Shown here: positions 28,773-41,629 of the stretch, in pieces | Layout of the letters: every line of letters begins with the position of its first letter | Position numbering within the stretch: the stretch's first letter is position 1 | Assembly (NCBI RefSeq): GCF_009914755.1 | Contig: NC_060946.1 | Direction: 5' to 3' (one strand) | DNA from: the human T2T-CHM13v2.0 reference genome, Homo sapiens | Length of the DNA: 64,000 nt | Program-made: the position numbers and the translations under genes | Notes under the pieces: model-generated | Databases searched by the model: none | What the model saw: only the letters and a program-made list of their open reading frames with translations | Told to the model about the DNA's origin: nothing

Positions 28773-31700
28773 TTGGATCAATGTTATTTAATAAAGCCAG
28801 GAGTGTGACCGAGGAAAAAAGGCAGGAGTCGCTAACTGCGTGGCCAGGGGGAGCCCTGAACCACCTTGGAAGGTCTAACCACCAACAGCGGGCCCTGCTG
28901 CCGCGGCTCCTCCACACCCAGGCCTGCGAGGCGGGAATCAAAGCCCCGCCCTGCCCACCTTCCAGGGCTGTCACGAGGGTGCCGTCCATCGGGCAGGGCA
29001 GTCTCCAAAACTGTCCAGAGAAATGCAACCTGGGCTTCAATCCAGGTTAGCGCATCCTTCAGTCATTAACACTAGTAATTTTAGCATTTGTGCACCAAGG
29101 GGATTAAGTTCAAATGAGGAAACCCTCCTTGAGAAGGCAAAAAAGCTTGATGTGCACGCTATTAAGAATTCCCTAAAATGGGTAAAAGAAAAGGCAGTCT
29201 GGCCACTCCACGGTGCAGTACAGATTCTCCCACCTCACAGGTGCTGGGTCCGTGCAAAGGGGAAGGGATTTCCGGTGCCTGGAAAACCCACTGTGTGTGG
29301 TGGTTCCTTCTTCAGTGACGTCAGCCAAACAGAACACAAACCACCAAGACGACAGGCAGACTTGTGACAGATGATCCCACTGAGCGTCCTCCCCCAGGGA
29401 AGGAGGCAGAGGATCACACAGCTTCGGCCCAGGAGACCCAAGGAGAGGCTGAGAACAGGGACGGGCCTGGCGTCCCCCTAGATGGTGAGTGATGCTGTGG
29501 TCCTCTCTGTGGGGCCAGGACATCCATGGAGGGGCAGTCCCTTACAGAGCTCGGGGGACCCTGGGGTGGTCACCCTGTGCCCAGCTGGGGGGCTCCTGTG
29601 GTGGCCACTGTCTCCACCTCTGTTCTGTGTCCCGCTGGCCTCCCTCCACTGGCCTGCTAGCCAGACCTGACTCTCAGCTCCGCTGGTCCATCCAGCTCCA
29701 TAAGCAGGACTCACCTGGGGACACGGGACAATGGCTGCCCTCGCTGGCCTTACAGGGTGAAGGGGCTGCTGAGAACTCTTGTCTTCACTTTCTTTGGTTT
29801 CTTCCAAAAACATATTTAGTATATGAGTCAATTGTGTAACCTAAGAAACAGCTTTTTTAATGAAGCTGTTGGCTGGGTCACAAGATTTTTGGAGGCATTA
29901 AAGAAACCAGACCCGGACGTTGGGGGAGCGCACTTGGTCGGGTCTCACCCCAGATGCAAACGTCCCTTCTCTTGACCAATGTAAGTGACGGGGAGTGCAC
30001 TGCCTCAAGGGCAGACTGTTCTCTCAGTGCATTCTTAGATGTCCTCTAACTTCAGCAGAAATTCAGTTCTGTGTTAATCCCTTCTCTCCATGCCCTCTGA
30101 AGTTGCAGAAAGCACCATTCATGCCCCTGCCAGGGGAGGACCCTTGGAGTGTTTGAACAGAAGCCCCTTGAAGCCACTTTGCAGAGGCTGCCGCTGCCCA
30201 GGGATGCTGGACGATGAAATGCATGGGAGGAACTGACGGGGACGGGGTGCTGTGGCCGCACCGCAGCGTGGACGCACTCAATGCCAGGGCGACCAGAGTG
30301 AGCCACTGAGACTGGTGTCAGGGCTACCTGAGCCACCAGCCAGTATCCCAGGCCTGCCTTCCAAGTCCTGCTCCACCGCTGGCTGATGCCAAGCACAGCA
30401 GGTGACTGTCAAGCACGTCACCCACATCAAACCTTGGAAAACATCTAACAGGCAGGAGCGGAGGCGAGGTGTGTCTTCCACAGGCTGGACTGAATCTCTG
30501 CGCGTGCACGTGTGGGTGGCAGAGCCAGGGTCCCCACCAACTCAGCCTGAGGCCGGCTCTGGCTTTTGGCCGCCATCCTCCAAGGAAGAGCTCCAGCCCC
30601 ACTTTCTGTGGACTGAACAGCGTGTAAAGCACCCAACACAGAGTAGGCATAAGAATGAGTGATGTGGCGGGGTGGGGGACAGGAGGACGGGAGTGGCGAC
30701 CTGACGCTGACCCCCCAGAGAGGCTCTCGGGACCCTACCCAGCCTGCTCACACGATCCTGTCGGCCTCATCCCAGCTCTCCCTGGTTTTCTTCATTTCAG
30801 CCTTGCAACCCCGCTATAAAGCAGGCAGTAGAGCCTCGTCCCCATTTTACAGATGCAGGGACTGATTCAGAAAGAGCTGAGCTTTTACCCAAATCCACCA
30901 AGTCCAACAGGGCATGGGACTCTGCATCCTCACACTTGGTCAGAAGGGACACCTCCACTCTGCCACTCCCTGAGATGCCAGGGAACACAAGGCATCAGGT
31001 ACAGGGAGAAGCCACGTGAACCTGAAATGCCACATCCATGTGCGGCATCTCAGGGTGGGGCCAGCATCTCACTGGGATTCCTGGCAGGACTCGCTGGCTG
31101 GGCGGTCTGGGCTCCATTCTGGCTGGGATACAGTTTAACATACAGACAACACAGAGACACTGAGCCCAGACCAAGCTGGTTCACACTCCAGCTTCAGATA
31201 TAAGCCCTCAGGTGAGTCATCACACCTCACCCAGCCTCAGTGTCCCCTCCGGTAAAAGGGGGATCGCAGGAGGCCTCTGTGTTGTTGGAAGTAAAGGCAG
31301 CAGAGGCCTATCCACGCTCATCCACCACAGCGGCACCGGCTCCATCCTCCCACCCGCCAGGGCTCTCCCACAGCCTAGAGGATGGGGAGGCTGAACCAGA
31401 CCCCAGCTTCCCGGTCAACCGGAGAACAGGCCACAGCCAAGAACAGCGAGTCCAGAACCGCTCCCACACACGGCAACGTGCAGTTGACACACACGCTTCT
31501 CCGCAAGGCAGTCAATCCCCATCACAGGCTTGGAGACAGCGGCCTTCATTTTAGCCACTTCACAGATGAGAAAAATCGAGACCCGTGGAGATGAGCAACT
31601 TGGACTCTTTACTTTCCTGCAGGCCAAACAGCAACAAGGAAGCTGTGTGTGCACCCAGGAGAATGCACATCCCTATTTAGGTCGGCTGTGCTTCTAAAGC

Positions 31701-32084
31701 AATCTTTCCTCGCCACTGGATGAGAACAAATCAGGGTGAAACTCTCAGCTGGCTGGTTTTCAAAACTACACACACAACCTAATATCAAACCTTCTGCCTG
31801 TGAAGAGCCACAAACTAGAGGAAATGATGCACCCCAGCTTTTCTGAGATGGTCCTGATTTCAGATATTCAAACCACCTGCCCAGTCACAGTTTCAGAAGA
31901 TCCTGCCATCCCACCGCTTAGGATGGAGCACGGGTTCATAGTTTGTCCATCTCAGCTTCTGGCTGTGAGAGAAGGACAGGGAGCAGACCCACATACTGAG
32001 CCAAAGGCACCTGCTGCTGCGTCGGCCCGGGGCATCCCCGCAACGTGAATCCAAGGTAGGCAGGGCTAGCTTCAGCTGGTGGAG

Positions 32085-32523
32085 ATACTGGGTTGAAGAG
32101 TGTCCCCCTAAATTTCAGATCCTTCTAGAACCTTGGAACATGACCTTATTTGGAAATAGGGTCATTACAGATGTAATTAGTTAGCTGAGGTCATTGTGCC
32201 TTAGGGTGAACCCTAAATCCCATGACTGGCGAGCTTATAAGACAAGGAGAAAAGACTCCCAGACAGACCCTGAGGTAAGACAGCCAGGTGTAGACAGAGG
32301 CAGAGACTGGAGGGCTGTGTCTTCAAGCCAAGGACTTCCAGAAGCCGCCAGGGGCTGGCAGAAGCAAGAGAAGGGCCTCCCCTCGAGCCTCCGGAGGGAG
32401 TGCGGCCCTGCTGACACTTTCCTTTCAGACTTCTGGCCTCCAGAACTGTGAGAGAATGAATTCTGCTATTTTACGCTGCCCAGCTCGTGGGGATCAGTTA
32501 CGGCAGCCACAGGACACTCACAC
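32085..32523 (+). mobile_element. MaLR solo LTR (MLT1B/C-like)
   Basis: gaccttatttggaaatagggtc...ggccctgctgacac...cagacttctggcctccagaactgtgagagaat. Confidence 0.82.
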
Positions 32524-34569
32524 AGCAGAGAAGAAAGCTAAGGCTCAGAGAGAAAAGTAACCAGCCACAACCCCCGGGCTCACACACAGCTGAGCCCAGC
32601 TGGACTGGGCAGCCTGGCCCAGTGCTTCAGACCTACTTTCCTCCCCTGGCACCCACTTCATCTCATCAACACTCCCCCACCCCCACTTACATACAGGCTG
32701 CTGATTACGATGAAAGATGTGCCAACGTCCCCACTTCCGCAGTATCCAAATTAGTGTCATTACAGAAAAGAAGTCCAGATAAAAATACCCAAACTTGGGG
32801 AGCGCCAGGGCGAGAATCAGCAGACCTGCATGGCAGCCTGCAGCGGCAGCATCTGAACTCACAGCAGCTCAGGCCGAGAGGCCGCCCACCGCCCACCCCT
32901 CCAGCTCATACTGGTACTCGCCAGCCAGGTCCCCGGCTCTCAGAGCTGTGTTTGCCTTTTTCATCAACTAAACAAAGCAGCAGAGGTGCAAACACTGCCT
33001 TGGGGAAGTGGGTGGGTACATCCCTCCCTCCAGTCACCAAGGTTGTGGGGAGGTATGGGGGGGATGAATTACTGTACAGCAAGTCCAGCTGCACCAGGAT
33101 GTAATAAAATGTGTTGCTAAGATACAAGTGCCACAGAAGTTCATTAAAGGACACTTTCAACCAAGCTGCCAGACTCTTCTCCCTTCAAAGCCGCTTCTTT
33201 GGTACCGTCCCTCATGCTTATAATTAGATCCACAATATGAGAGGCAGCGTTCCCCATTCAAGTCCACTCAGCAGAACACGTTAATAAAATAACTCCAACG
33301 AGGCAGTGGCTGGGGCTGGAGTGTGTGGGGGGCTGGGGGACGAGTCTATTTACAGAAATGCATTTGTGTTCCACTTACTTATCTAAATGAGAGATAAGCA
33401 CCCTTGAAGAGTCCCGAGGCACTCTGGTTGTGTGACCAGCTCCTCCCCTCCCAGGAGTCTGGGGCTCACTCTGGGACCACAGAATCGCTAAACCTTGGGA
33501 GCTTGGACCACTGTAGAACCAAGGTCTTGAATCTCGGGAATCACCAACACAGACTCTTTGCATCTTAGGATGCTAAGGTTCTAGAATCTTCGGCGCGTCG
33601 AGTCTGACTCAGTCACTGCATTTAGCACTCGGTATGTCGGCACCTTCCGAGATGTTGAGTGGAGACAGAGATGAGGGAGGGAGGAAATTACTAGATGACC
33701 CCCCCGCCCCCCACCTCCACCCCCCCATCCCCCCACGTGATTCGGGGGAAAGACAGACTCTGTCCCTGAGGTCAGGGTGACTGCCCATCTCCGCCGGGCC
33801 CCAGACGATGCAGAGGAAGGAGCCAGGTGTTGAGGGCACAGCGGAGGGGACGTGGCAAGGGGCTCAAAGATGGTCGCAGAGGGGACAGTTCACCTCGATC
33901 TGCAGGGGTGTCCCTTCTGGCCGGGGATATGTGGAAAGGCTGTATTGCCCATATCCAAACATCACACTTCATTTCTGGCTTCTCTTGAAAAATCCAAGGA
34001 GCCAGCGGCACAGGGCCCATGCCACATGACAACAGGGGGGTGCTGGGCCATGCTGCCCCCAGCTGAGGGGCTCGGTCTCTCCAGCGCCCAGCCCTCAGCA
34101 GGACCACTCGCCAGCCCACAGCTTCGGTGTCTGCCATCCCTGCCGAGGCTGGGAACCTCAGGTTGTAATTACACAGCCACAGAGTCCCTGATGAGTCTCA
34201 AGATTTCTGAATCACAGAATCTCAGTGTCAGGGAGCATCCGCCAGCCTTCCCCGTACAACTGCTGGTTGGTGCCGCTTCTCCTTCACTGACTGAGAGGTG
34301 GTTTGGCAGATGGAGGCCTTAAACAACCAGTTCTAGCCCCAGACAGCTCTCATCATCAGGGTATTCCTCCAGACTGGGGGCGGAAATCAGCTTTCACCTA
34401 ACTTCCAATCTGTGGTCAACATTCTGCCCCATGAAAGGGCTGCTCCCTCTCAAACACTCAGGCCAGGTGGTGATTCAAAGGCTGAGGTCAGTCACACCGA
34501 GAGGAAGGGTCCCTACCCCGTTTGACTCTCTGATCCCCTCTAGATCACTCTCTAAAGCTGCCACCTGTC

Positions 34570-34862
34570 CTACACACACACACAGACACACAAACACACA
34601 CACGCATACATGCATATACACATGCAGACATATACACATGCATGCAAACACACACAAACACCCACATGCACACACGGATCCACACACGTGCATGCACAAG
34701 CACACACACATGCATACATGCAGACGCACATAAGCATACACAGAGGTGGGCACACACGAACACATGCACACACACACATGCATACATGCAGACGCACACA
34801 AGCATACACAAACGTGTGCACACATGCATACACACATGCACACACACGCGCACATGCACATC
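34570..34862. repeat. Degenerate (CA/TG)n alternating purine-pyrimidine tract
   Basis: cacacacatgcatacatgcag... over about 290 bp. Confidence 0.9.
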
Positions 34863-37800
34863 GCTTCCCCGTTCTACTTTTCACCAGAGCACCTGCCACC
34901 TTCCGACCCACTCCACGTCACGCATTATGTTTCTCATCGATTACCTGTCTCCCCCCCGAGTCTCTGAGCACCACAAGGCCTATTGTGCCCACTGCTCACG
35001 AGCCTGTTAACGGGGCCCTCCCTGCTGAACATCCTCATCTGGTCACACCCCAGAGAATACGCAAAAAGGCTTCAGACACAGAGAGCTCCACTACCCTCGT
35101 CCCCTCCAGTCCCTTACGCTGAAGGTCCTGGGCCAATGAGTCCCAGCTCCTGCTTGGAGATGGCAGCCACAGGTGGCTCCTGGCAACTTTCCCTTGACGT
35201 GCCCACTTCTGCCACTTCCCATGCCTATGGCTGGAATCACCTCGAGGGCTCTGGCCTCAGTCCACGATGGCCCCAGTAACTGTTCTGTCACCTCTCCTTC
35301 CAAGCTCTTGGGGGGACCTTCTTGCAATGGCTGCAGGGAGGTGGACGTGGGCAATGTGGACAAACAGAGCTTTGCATTCAATGGGGCTGTCAACCCAGAG
35401 TTTAACAAATAATTCCGGCATTTATCTGTGGTGCATTTATTACCACTGAGACGCATTAATCACAGACTAGACTCGTATTGCTGATTGTAGGAAATGCTAC
35501 CTGTCACTTTGCAAGCTGCATCTCACATTAAATTCTGGATCATAGTCTCTAATATGTATATATTTTTAATTACATTTTCAGGTTCATTTACATGTGCAGA
35601 TTGGCTTTCCGCCTGAATGACATCAAAGAGAAACACTTCTCCCTCTCTTTCTCTCCCTTCCCCTCCTCTCCTGCCTCATCCCAGCCCTTTTCTTTTGCCT
35701 GGGGTAAAAACCCTCTCCCCAAATTGACTACAGCTTCACCCAGGGGCGGCCTCCTCAGGGAGGTCCCAACAGACCCCTCTGCTGCCGCTTCGCATAACGG
35801 AGGCCCGCCCTTCCAAATTGCCATCTCTCAGCTCCTTTCCTATTTTGGGGAATGACTCTTCCGTAACAAGCCCACAGCTGGCCCCTACCCTCAATTGTAG
35901 ACTCTGAAAACAGAAATGTGCAAACTTGGGCTAGGTGATGGCTGCAGGGACTCCTGATTCTCCAGGGACACAGAAGGTGAAGAAACTTACCCATACCTGG
36001 AGATCTGCAGCCAATCTGATTTAGTAAGTTTCATCGTATGGACCATTCTGGAACACACTGTGCCCTGCCAAAGCTGCCTGTCTCTTACTTGTGCAATTCA
36101 GAAGTCAACTACTTGGAGAGTCTAGCAACCATTCTCAAAACACCCAGGTGTCCTGAGGGTCCTTTCTTGGCAGTCCTGTTGTCCACAAATAAGGTCATCC
36201 ATGCAGGACGCAGCAACTCTCACACACAGGCTGCCCTCTGGGGCCAGCGGCTTCAGAAAGAAAACTCTGGTGAAGTAAATTTAATTGTGAAAACAAACAC
36301 AATAGGTTTCTCGCATGGGCCAAGCGCAGTGATCAGAAGACCTGGAGTCACAGGGGCCCGATCTTGTTCCTGGGTGCAATTCCCAACCCCGACCGGGGCC
36401 TCAGTTTCCCTCGGGTAAGATGAGGGGCTTGGCCGAGGTGCTCCCCTTGGTTCTCACATCCTATGCTTTTAGCTTCAGCCATAAGCCATCAGGCCAAGGC
36501 GGGGGACATGTCCCCTCAATTTCCACAGACTCCCAAGTCAGGGGCCGAATCCCAGCTCTGGGTACACCCGTCCAGAGACCAAAAGCAACTCAGTAGTTTC
36601 TGTATCAACAAAAAGCCACAGATGCCTCCCTGCTTTTCTACGGCAATAATGTCTTTGGGGTCCTGCTGGCTGTTTCTTGTATTATTGTTAATAAAATAGT
36701 ACTGACAACAGCTCTCTCTACTCAACTCCTGGCTGCACCTCGGGAATCACGCCCGGTGCGTACAATGCTCGCCCCATTCATCCCCGGGACATCACTGCCA
36801 GAGGGGCTCCAACACCCCCACTTTGAGACCAGGACCCAGCCTGGCCTGCCCCTCCCATCCCTCTTCAGGATGAGGGTTTGACTCAACCCTGAGCAAAAAA
36901 ATAAAAATCCCACATGGATACCCTCCTTTCTGCCATGTTTTAAGAAGACCAGCACAAGTGCCAAGCCAAAGTAAAAAACCGTATAGTACGGCCCAATCGG
37001 AGCCGCCAAGGGATGCCCGCTGTTGGCAGTCAGGGACTGTAACCAGAGTGAAGCTGCACCAGCAATTTCTCCCCACACTGGGACTGCTACTACCGAACAG
37101 GAAGTCACCACCAAAAACAACACAGAACAATCTTCAGAAAGCATATTCGTTCCTTCAGAGAACAGAGACCATTTCAAAATGAGATGTCTCCACCTTAAAC
37201 TATAAAATAACATCAATAATAATAAAAAGGAGAGCAGAACGCAAGCCAGAGAGAGGGAGGAGGAGGAAACCCCCCAGCTGCGAAGGGCTTGGCTTTTGTG
37301 CTGCAGACTCCTCTCCGCAACCCCGCAATCCTCACCGAGGCCCCGGCCAGCCACACACTCCCCGTTGCTAAGCCAACAGCCAGGCTCCCGGGAGATGCAG
37401 AGACCCAGACCCAGACCCCAGGAAGCTTCCATGACTTCTATTTCGGAGCAAAAGTACTGCTCGCGGTCACCAGGACGGTTACTAACTTGCTGGGGATTGT
37501 CTTCAACATCGTAACTCCACTCATTTTTATCTGACCGTGTGCCCCGGAGTAACAGTCCACACCTCACTTTTCTTATTGGTGCCATTACGCTGTCATTTCT
37601 CCCCCTACACGTGCCAGTGTTGGAGTTAAGGTCACGAAGCTGGGCACCCAATGGTCCAGAACTGGACCACGGCTTCTCTACTCACCAGGGGTGTGATCTC
37701 AACAAGGCCCCCAACCTCTCTGGGCCGAGCCAGTCCACAGAGAGAACCAGAAGGCACCTGCTCAGAGCCAGCGCCCCACAGGAACACCAGGACGCGTCAG

Positions 37801-40800
37801 GACATGTCATCAGTCCCACTGGGTGAGAACTTCCTGTGGGCCCAGAGCTTAATGCACCACTCACTAATCCTGCGGCCTCTCGAAGATTGTTTCTTGAGTG
37901 CTCACCGAGCACCAGGCACTCTGCTGCCTGGCTGGCCATGAACTATTATTAATCCCCTTTTATAACTACGGAACCAGAGCCTCCAAGGCGGCAAAGCCTG
38001 CCCCAAGCGTAAGGAGCCGGCAAAGGATGGAGCCGGGATTGGAACTCCAGTCTGTCCAGTTTTAAAGCCTGCACTGTAAATCGCTTTGTCACACGCCTCT
38101 CGGAGACAAAGTTAAAAGCCTTCTAAACAGTACTCGGGAGGGAAATCGGGGGGCAGGGCCTCCAAGGCTGGGCCACCGGACACCCTCAAAGCTCCTTAAC
38201 CCCCTAGAGGTGACCAGAGCCTCCCCGAGACACTGCCCCATACATATCAAGAGCCTCGGCTGCTGAAGAAGGAGTGTGGCGCCCTCAGGACCAGCAGTGT
38301 GTCTGCAGATGGGGCGAGTAGCAGCCTCGTGTGTTCGCTGCTCACACAAGTGAAATCAAAGACACAGCCCATGATTCGGTTCCTGAAGAGACAAAGGCGT
38401 TGGAGGAAAAACTTGGTAAATCACAAGGCTAATCATCATAGCCAGCAGCTCTAATGAGGCATCATGGGACTACCGAAGTTATTATCAGAGTCATTTCATT
38501 GAAAAAATTCAAAGTTAATTGAAATCAATTGTACGGTTCCGACAGCAGGTGTTTTAAGACTCTAAGGTATCAAAGCGGACTCTTTGGAGTGGCTGATGCA
38601 GGCGGCGTAGTCAGCATAGTGGTCGTCAACCTTTACGGGGGCAAAAAGCAACATGACGCTCTCGCATGGAAAGATCGCCTCCCCAGCGGGGACAAGCAAC
38701 AAGACAAAAGTGCCCAGGTCAGAGCCCGGGCAGGGGGGTGGTTCCTGTGGTTCAAGTCAACCCTCATCTCTAGTGACAGACCCACGTTTAACACCTTCAC
38801 GTTGCAGTCTAAAAGCACTTTCATATCTGCTGATTTCATCGCAATCACCAGGTGAGTGGGTCTTATTCCCACCCCCACTTCACAGCTGGCAAACGGAGCT
38901 CGTTCAGAGAGGCAGAATGGCTTGCCCAAGGTTGCTCAGCCAAGACACAGGAAGCTGGGCCGTGAACCCCCGTGTGCTGACTATGGGGCCCTTGCTCTTC
39001 CGGCTCCATCACCTTTTACCCTACACCATGGGAGACCAGCTGGAGATGAGCAGGGGGCTAACATGGAGGCATTCCGGGCCAGGGGGCAGTGTCGACAATT
39101 CCATTCACGGCGGTCCCAGGCGGCTCAACCTTGGAAAGCTGCCCTCCTCCGATGTGTCCTGAAGATTCACCAGCCCAGTCCGACCCAAGTCCCAGGATTA
39201 TCCTGACAATCAAATAAAAAGACGTCGATCAAGGAGGACAGAGGAGGTGCGTTGAAGAGAGTGCCACAGCCAGCCACAGCAGCGAGTGTGCAATCTGCCA
39301 CCACCTTCTCTACCAGTGCAAATGTCACCTCCCTGGAGCTGTCCCCACACCCCTCAGCACAGCACATCGTCCCATCTGCCACCTGGGTGAGCCTGGTGGC
39401 CAGACACCTCACACAAATACCTCACTGGGCCTCGACAGGTGACTGTGGACACACCTGCCTCCCCAACTGCATGTGAAAACAGCTGTGAGCTGTGGGCTAT
39501 ATCAAGTGAAAGCCCTCTGCAAGTGTAAAGCCTTATAGAGTTAGATGTCACCGTCACTCACAACATACCGCTCCACCGCTACTTCCATATCCCCAATAAT
39601 TTCTGGTGGAAACTCCTTTCATATTCGTGGAATTAACCTGAGCTGTTCCCAAGAGACCTCCACAATACCACGTCAGGTGTGAAAAGCAGGTCTGGGAACA
39701 GTGATGCCTGGTGCATGGACTTGTGTGAGAAGGTGTTTACCCAACATCATAGACGCATCTGCAGACACCTCCGTGAGCACACCTCGAGGCCACCGCCGCT
39801 CTCGCCCAAGGATACAGTGGGGCAGGAAGAAGTGAGACCCGCGCTTTACGATATTCAAACTTGTACTGCCATTTTCCCGATGAGCACGTGTTGCTTTTCT
39901 AAGAAAAACCTTTAAAAAGTAGAATTCTTCTTTATCTCCTAAATGTGACCAAAATGATAGAATGCTGATCACCACCTTCCTTAGTAAAATTTACTTCAGC
40001 AGAATGTTAATTATTTTCCTGACTTCAAAAACAAATCCTTCCTCTCATTTTAGTAACAGACAAAATAATAACTATTTCATACACATTACATAGGCTTTAC
40101 ATGTCTACTGTTGTATTGACATATATCAATATACAAATATTTGTCATTATACGTTACATGTGGCCAAGAAAATTAAATCAATAGGAATAAAAATGTAACT
40201 GGTAAACATGTAACTATAAATTGCATTTATGTACATACACACACACCACATGCACACAAACACATACACACACTTTTCTTCTTCAACTTAGCAGAGTTAC
40301 CCACTCAATTGCCTTCTGGGGCTTCCAGAGGTGTCCCCCACTAATTCTTTGGCTCTAAGAACCTCTGCTGAAGGCTGGGGGAGGGTCACCTGGAACCCCC
40401 ACCCTCACAGCCTGGTTTATGTACTGGTCACCCAGGGCTCTGGGTCCAGCACCAGCCTCGCGCTCCCCACAACGATGGGGCCTGTCAAGAGGCTCCCCAC
40501 GCAGGTGACAAACACCTAAGTATCTCATGCACTTGGGGAACCCAGGCATCCTTCACACTCCTCCCTTCTGACCTGCCCTCAGCACCCCTGCACTCCTACA
40601 CACATCTTCCTGCCTCGTGCCCTAGAAGCCCTTGGGCACGGCAAGAGGCCATGGTATCAACTCGAGGCCCTCCGGCCCTGCATGTGACATCTTCTTACAC
40701 TGGCCCCAGCTGGCCTTCTCTGCCCTCTCTCTCCTCCTCGTTCATGGTTTTACTGCCAGAAAACTCAGCAGCGCCCTTACCTCCCACTGCGCATTTCTCT

Positions 40801-41199
40801 GGGGCCATTTTCCCTTGACAAGCTTGGCCACCATCCGCGCCCATCCGCTCCCCAGGAGGCCCTATGGACGCATCTCCCAGGCAACCCCCTCCCAGAAGCC
40901 GTCCTCAGTTTCCAGGCCAGCAATGATGCAGGTGTTCCCGCAGCATGATTTTCACAGCCCTTTTCCAGAAGTTCCTTGAAACTGTTCTCCACGCCTCACT
41001 CTTTTGTTGGGTTTCCAAGGGCAGGGAGCTTGTCTCATTCATCTCTGGGTCCACTCATTTCAACACACACGATTTCAAAATCTTCCCTTTGCTCCAGGCC
41101 TACTGCAGGCTAGGGGCTCCCCTAGGACAGTTAACAAATCATTGCCAATCTTCACACCATCACTGCCCTGGGAAAAGGCAGAGGGGAGCTCAGCAGGCA

Positions 41200-41415
41200 C
41201 CCCTCAGGGAGCTTACAGTCTAGCACAGTAGCTGATCTAGGAAGATCTACACAAGCAAGGCTAAGAACGCCGCAGAGGCAGAAAAGCACTCCAGGTGTCT
41301 GCAGCTGCCCCTCAGGGAGCTTACAGTCTAGCACAGTAGCTGATCTAGGAAGATCTACACAAGCAAGGCTAAGAACGCCGCAGAGGCAGAAAAGCACTCC
41401 AGGTGTCTGTAGCTG
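41200..41415. repeat. 108-bp near-perfect tandem duplication
   Basis: Units 41200-41307 and 41308-41415; one mismatch seen (41302 c vs 41410 t). Confidence 0.95.
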
Positions 41416-41629
41416 CCCCGCAGGAGCGAGGAGGAGCTTCTGGGGCAGAGGCCGAGCAGGTGGGCAGGGCCATCCCTGTGGCTCTGCAGGCCCCTGGGAT
41501 TCATTCCAAGAGCAAGGGGAAGCCACCAGAAGGTTGTGAGCCAGGGAGCACTGTGACCTCATTCACATTCTAAGACACTGACTCTGGGGAAGAATATACT
41601 AGAAGGGCCCAGAGTAGACGCAGCATGCC

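Noticed and set aside
34431-35122. His/Thr- and Cys/Val-rich ORFs
   Set aside because: Translations of the CA/TG tract.
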